From positions 1-27,131 of the IMG/VR virus record IMGVR_UViG_3300038379_000519: a DNA stretch of 27,131 bases. One strand, written 5' to 3'. The DNA comes from a virus (lineage: Duplodnaviria; Caudoviricetes). Position 1 is the first letter of the stretch. Each line of letters starts with the position of its first letter. The notes below the pieces were generated by a model that saw nothing but the letters and a program-made list of their open reading frames with translations, ran no database searches and had not been told where the DNA came from. Of this stretch, positions 23,810 through 27,131 are shown one piece after another. The position numbers and the translations under genes were made by a program.

Positions 23810-24649
23810 ATGGCCAACGTGTATTGGATCGCGACGACCGCCGGCAGTTGGGCCACGGCCGCCAACTGGTCGGGCGGAGCGGTCCCGGTCAACGGCGACA
23901 ACGTACGGCTGCCGGCCGGCACGGCCAGCATCAACGCGGGCCTCGACCAGTCTGCCGTGACGCTCGCGAATTTCATCATCGACGAAGGCTACGCCGGCGC
24001 CATCGGCACGCCGCTGGATTCGGGCACGCTGGCGTATCTGCAAATCGGCTGCACGCGGTTCGAGTTCGCCGGCACGGGCGAGAGTCTGATCAATCTGGGC
24101 AGCAGCAACATCCCCGTGCAAATCTTCGACACCGCGATTCCCGAGACGGGGGAATTCGGCCTGCTGCTCAAGGGCAGCAACTTGACGGTCGCGGATATCG
24201 AGGGCGGGTACGTCGGCTTCGCCACGATCCACGGCGAGACGGCGACGATCGCCACGCTGCGGGTCAAGGGCGCGGCGGCCCGCGTCTGGGCCGGCTCCGG
24301 CTGCACGCTCACCACCGTGGAGAACTACGCCGGCGAACTGGAGCTGCGGGCGGCCTGCACCACGTTGTCGCACTTCAAGGGCCGCACGCGGACCAGCGAG
24401 GTAGGCGCCATCACCACGCTCAACGTGTGGGGCGGCACGATGCTGCCGGAGAGCACGGGCACGATTACCACGGCCAACCTGTACGGCGGCACGACCAACT
24501 TTACCGGTAGCGGCGAGGCCCGCACCGTGACCACGCTCAAGCAGAACGTGGGCAGCACGCTGCTGTACGATCCGAACGTGCTGACGATCACGACCCGCGC
24601 GGCCCCGGAGTTCACCGTGCCCATCAAGCTCGTGGCCACGCCAGCATAG
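23810..24649 (+). CDS. Putative beta-helix tail protein
   Basis: GSWATAANWSGGAVP start and periodic (I/V)TT(L/A)N..GG repeats. SD GGGAG. Confidence 0.7.
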   Translation: MANVYWIATTAGSWATAANWSGGAVPVNGDNVRLPAGTASINAGLDQSAVTLANFIIDEGYAGAIGTPLDSGTLAYLQIGCTRFEFAGTGESLINLGSSNIPVQIFDTAIPETGEFGLLLKGSNLTVADIEGGYVGFATIHGETATIATLRVKGAAARVWAGSGCTLTTVENYAGELELRAACTTLSHFKGRTRTSEVGAITTLNVWGGTMLPESTGTITTANLYGGTTNFTGSGEARTVTTLKQNVGSTLLYDPNVLTITTRAAPEFTVPIKLVATPA

Positions 24650-24662
24650 GTAGGCCGCCGCG

Positions 24663-25430
24663 ATGGGACTTAAACAAGCCGGCCCCGATGACCGCGTCAT
24701 CCTCTCCGGCCGCACCTGGAACACGGTGGCTGGAGCGGTGGACTACGTCCGCGGCCGGATGGCCGGTGTCGGGGGCGGCGGCCTGGGCGGGGCCGGCGAC
24801 CACGGCATCATCCTGATCCGCAACGACGGCGAGGACGACGTCCCGCGGTTCGGGGTGCTGGGCCTGGACGCGCCGCTGATCCTGCCGGACGACAATCTCT
24901 TGAGCTTCCAGGCGGCGATTGCCTTTGGCGGCAGCACGCCGGAGAGCGGCACGCACGATGGCAAGTTTGCGATCGTCCTGGAGCCCTGCCCGGCGGGCCG
25001 CGTGGCCCACGCGCTGTTGAGCGGCGTGACGCCGGCGCTGGTGAACTTCGCCACCGACAGCGACACGCACGCGGACATCCGCGACGGCAACGTGGAGACG
25101 CTGGCCGGCGGGGGCGGGGCGGCGCAGGTGCTGTGGAAGCCCAGCGGCACGGGCGAATTGTGGGCGCTGATGCGGCTGGGTCAGAGCACGACGCTGGTCA
25201 AGGAGGGCACGCTCGATAGCGATCTGGTGTACGGCGGCACGGCGCAAATGTCGGTCCACACGGGTGCGGCGGGCAGCGAGGTGGACAGCGGCGAGGGCGT
25301 ACTGGTGAGCGACAGCCACCTGTGTCCGGACGAGAGCCACGCGGCCGGCACGTGGGTCACGGTGGCCCTGATCGCCGGCCACTGGAAGGTGATCGCGGCG
25401 CAGTGCCCGTGCAACGAGGCGGGGAGTTAG
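24663..25430 (+). CDS. Putative tail tip/fibre-associated protein
   Basis: IRND.EDDVPRFGVLG, beta-rich. Synteny. Confidence 0.65.
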   Translation: MGLKQAGPDDRVILSGRTWNTVAGAVDYVRGRMAGVGGGGLGGAGDHGIILIRNDGEDDVPRFGVLGLDAPLILPDDNLLSFQAAIAFGGSTPESGTHDGKFAIVLEPCPAGRVAHALLSGVTPALVNFATDSDTHADIRDGNVETLAGGGGAAQVLWKPSGTGELWALMRLGQSTTLVKEGTLDSDLVYGGTAQMSVHTGAAGSEVDSGEGVLVSDSHLCPDESHAAGTWVTVALIAGHWKVIAAQCPCNEAGS

Positions 25431-25435
25431 CCGCA

Positions 25436-26395
25436 GTGGCCCACAAATACTCCCAGTACAACTGCCGCCGAAACTGCACGCCCTGCGCGCCGGCCTGCGG
25501 CTGCGGCGAGTCCGCCACCAACTGGTCGGTCGCCCTCCCCTGGGGCCTGACGCTCACCCTCTCCTTCACCGGCTACAGCACGGACCCCGAGGGCTGCGAG
25601 TGGATTTCTACCCCCATCACTTACTCGTGCAACGGGAGCACGTACACCGACGGCGAGATCAAGCTCAACTTCACGGTGCAGGCGGACGGCGAGGTGCGGG
25701 TCCGCCTGCACATCTACCGCCGCATCGACCCGGAGACCACCGCCGGCCCGAACCGCATCTGGGCCCTGGATTTTCCCGGCCGGTTCGACTGCGGCGTGGG
25801 CTACACCCTCGAAGAACAATCCGCCGGCTGCGACCTGGTGGGCGACGCCACGATCAGTCCCACCGGCACGTGCTGCAAGTGCAGCTGCGGCGAGGGCTCC
25901 AGCAGCACGGCGGCGTGCCTGGTCCACTGCCGCGACCTGTACCACCCGCAGGCCTTGCAGCTGGACTTCTCCGGGTTCGTGGCGGGCAGCTGCCCCGGGG
26001 GGCTCTCTACGCCGGCGTGCGACGGCACCGTGTTAAACGGGACGTGGATTCTACCGTTCGATCACGAGCGCCTAGAGTCGCCGTGCGCCGAGGCCCTCCA
26101 GGGCTGCTGCATCTACGGCTACTACAGCCCGATCAGCGACGAGATCCCCCGCCTGGAGGCATGCGTCCAGGTGTACCCGGGCGGCGGCACTCTGTGGTGG
26201 CGGAAGATTCTCCTCTCCAGCAACTTCTTCGACCCCTACGGCTGCATCGACGCCTGGTATCTGGACCCGATCATCGCCACTCCCACCTCCGCCGGGATCG
26301 CCTGCGGGCCGTTCGACGTTCCTCTGTCGCATCCCTATTGCTTCGGCGCGTGCACCGGAGGCGGCACGACCATCCGCTGCCGCAGCCTACCATGA
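25436..26395 (+). CDS. Cysteine-rich putative tail/receptor-binding protein
   Basis: SD GGGGAG + GTG 25436, 26 Cys in 319 aa, no signal peptide. Confidence 0.7.
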   Translation: MAHKYSQYNCRRNCTPCAPACGCGESATNWSVALPWGLTLTLSFTGYSTDPEGCEWISTPITYSCNGSTYTDGEIKLNFTVQADGEVRVRLHIYRRIDPETTAGPNRIWALDFPGRFDCGVGYTLEEQSAGCDLVGDATISPTGTCCKCSCGEGSSSTAACLVHCRDLYHPQALQLDFSGFVAGSCPGGLSTPACDGTVLNGTWILPFDHERLESPCAEALQGCCIYGYYSPISDEIPRLEACVQVYPGGGTLWWRKILLSSNFFDPYGCIDAWYLDPIIATPTSAGIACGPFDVPLSHPYCFGACTGGGTTIRCRSLP

Positions 26396-26416
26396 ACGAA
26401 CACGAGCGCAGAGACC

Positions 26417-26586
26417 TCACGCAGAGCGGCAGAGCGCGCGGACGGAGGAGAGGAGCCGCGGATTTACGCGGATCGCCGCGGATGGCAGAGATGGAGTACC
26501 GCGGCCCGCCGCCCTTCCGATCCGCGTTTCTCCGCGACAATCCGCGGCCGCTCTTTTCTGCTCCGCTCCTCCGCGGCCCCGCGTGA
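26417..26586. repeat. Nested long inverted repeat with 10-nt periodic arms (MITE-like)
   Basis: CGCGGA at 26457, 26467, 26477 mirrored by TCCGCG at 26521, 26531, 26541. Outer arms TCACGC.../...GCGTGA, purine-rich left and pyrimidine-rich right. Confidence 0.75.
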
Positions 26587-26601
26587 AACTCCGCCTCCGC
26601 T

Positions 26602-26637
26602 ACTCGTCACATAACTCGTTACAGCACTCGTTACAGA
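26602..26637 (+). repeat. 12-bp imperfect direct repeat x3 (ACTCGTyACAnn)
   Basis: ACTCGTCACATA, ACTCGTTACAGC, ACTCGTTACAGA, ending 4 nt before ATG 26642. Confidence 0.8.
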
Positions 26638-26641
26638 GCCC

Positions 26642-27131
26642 ATGCCCTGCGAACCGCGTTTCGAGCCCGTCAGCGATACGCACCTGGCGTGCGTCTGCTG
26701 CGGCCTGACGATCCACCGCGACGTGCCGGACCCGGGCCGGATCGGGCACCCCTGCCTGGCCGCGCCGCGGCCGGCCCAGGCCGTCGTGCCGCCGCAGGGG
26801 GGCAAGTGCTGTGGGGGAAAGGGGCGAGGGACGAGGGACGAGGGGCAAGGGGCGGTTGCGCCGCCGAGTCGCCCCCTCGCCCCTAGCCCCTTGCCCCCGG
26901 CCCCTTCCGCCGAGCCGGAACTGCCGGGCCTGCTGACGATGGCCGGCAACCTGGCGGGCACGCTGGCCCGGAGCGCCGTGGCGGCCGCGGCCGGCGGCAA
27001 GGTTTTTCTCTCGGCCGAGCAAGCTGCCGCCCGCGTGGCCATGTGCGAGACGTGCGACCGGTTCCGCGCGCGCGACCGCCGCTGCGCCGCCTGCGGCTGC
27101 TACGTGGACGAGGCTGCCAAGTACGCCGAGA
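26642..27131 (+). CDS. Cys-rich metal-binding phage protein, truncated by window end (absent from ORF track)
   Basis: Manual translation MPCEPRFEPVSDTHLACVCCG...RVAMCETCDRFRARDRRCAACGCYVDEAAKYAE, with no stop before the edge. Confidence 0.75.
   Translation, partial: MPCEPRFEPVSDTHLACVCCGLTIHRDVPDPGRIGHPCLAAPRPAQAVVPPQGGKCCGGKGRGTRDEGQGAVAPPSRPLAPSPLPPAPSAEPELPGLLTMAGNLAGTLARSAVAAAAGGKVFLSAEQAAARVAMCETCDRFRARDRRCAACGCYVDEAAKYAE
26820..26898. repeat. Inverted heptamer arrays (AGGGRCR)5 / (CCCCTNG)3-4 inside CDS
   Basis: AGGGGCG AGGGACG AGGGACG AGGGGCA AGGGGCG followed by CCCCTCG CCCCTAG CCCCTTG CCCC. Confidence 0.8.

Larger units (their letters stand above)
1..27131 (+). mobile_element. Lambda-like siphophage/prophage segment (accessory region + packaging, head and tail modules); both ends outside window
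   Basis: Co-directional, tightly coupled (ATGA/TGATG overlaps) genes in canonical order terminase-gpW-portal-protease/capsid-head/tail connectors-tail tube-chaperone-tape measure-tail tip. No sheath gene recognised. Confidence 0.95.

Noticed and set aside
21500-24724. 1074-aa minus-strand ORF and other long antisense ORFs (3020-4561, 13395-14567, 16036-17067)
   Set aside because: Shadow frames of high-GC plus-strand genes, with no motifs.
26392-26586. Short ORF MNEHERRDL... coupled to the Cys-rich gene
   Set aside because: Coincides with the inverted-repeat element and is low complexity. Not called as a gene, though translation is not excluded.
1-27131. cas genes, tracrRNA anti-repeat, or self-matching protospacers
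   Set aside because: None recognised by eye. The terminase Walker A (about 11146-11165) only loosely resembles spacer 2. A computational scan is still needed.

Overview
High-GC, entirely plus-strand segment of a temperate-looking, lambda-like (cos-type head, non-contractile tail) bacteriophage or prophage. The host is probably a Planctomycete (inference from motif style only). Layout: 1-985, two different CRISPR mini-arrays (36-nt repeats sharing a conserved 3' end) with no cas gene in the window; 1087-2163, a C5 DNA methyltransferase split over two fully overlapping reading frames; 2.2-8.7 kb, accessory genes (secreted CxxCH protein, signal-peptide/collagen protein with an in-frame UGA in a CxxU context, thermonuclease, stand-alone receiver domain, holin-like proteins, RNAP alpha-CTD-like protein); about 8.7 kb, a lambda-like cosQ/cosN candidate; 8.8-10.8 kb, ParB-methyltransferase and Gp37/Gp68 (DUF5131); 10.8-27.1 kb, terminase, portal, protease-capsid, head-tail and tail genes. 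The most striking observation is that four of the six complete spacers of array A translate, on both strands, into conserved motifs of P4/D5-type primase-helicases (GRYFTIT, NGKSTLL, LWLAANHKP, LATNHRPRV). Array B spacers resemble an integrase N-terminus and an HTH repressor helix. This suggests a phage-borne, DNA-targeting guide set aimed at satellites or competing mobile elements. All family calls come from motif recognition by eye, with no database searches.
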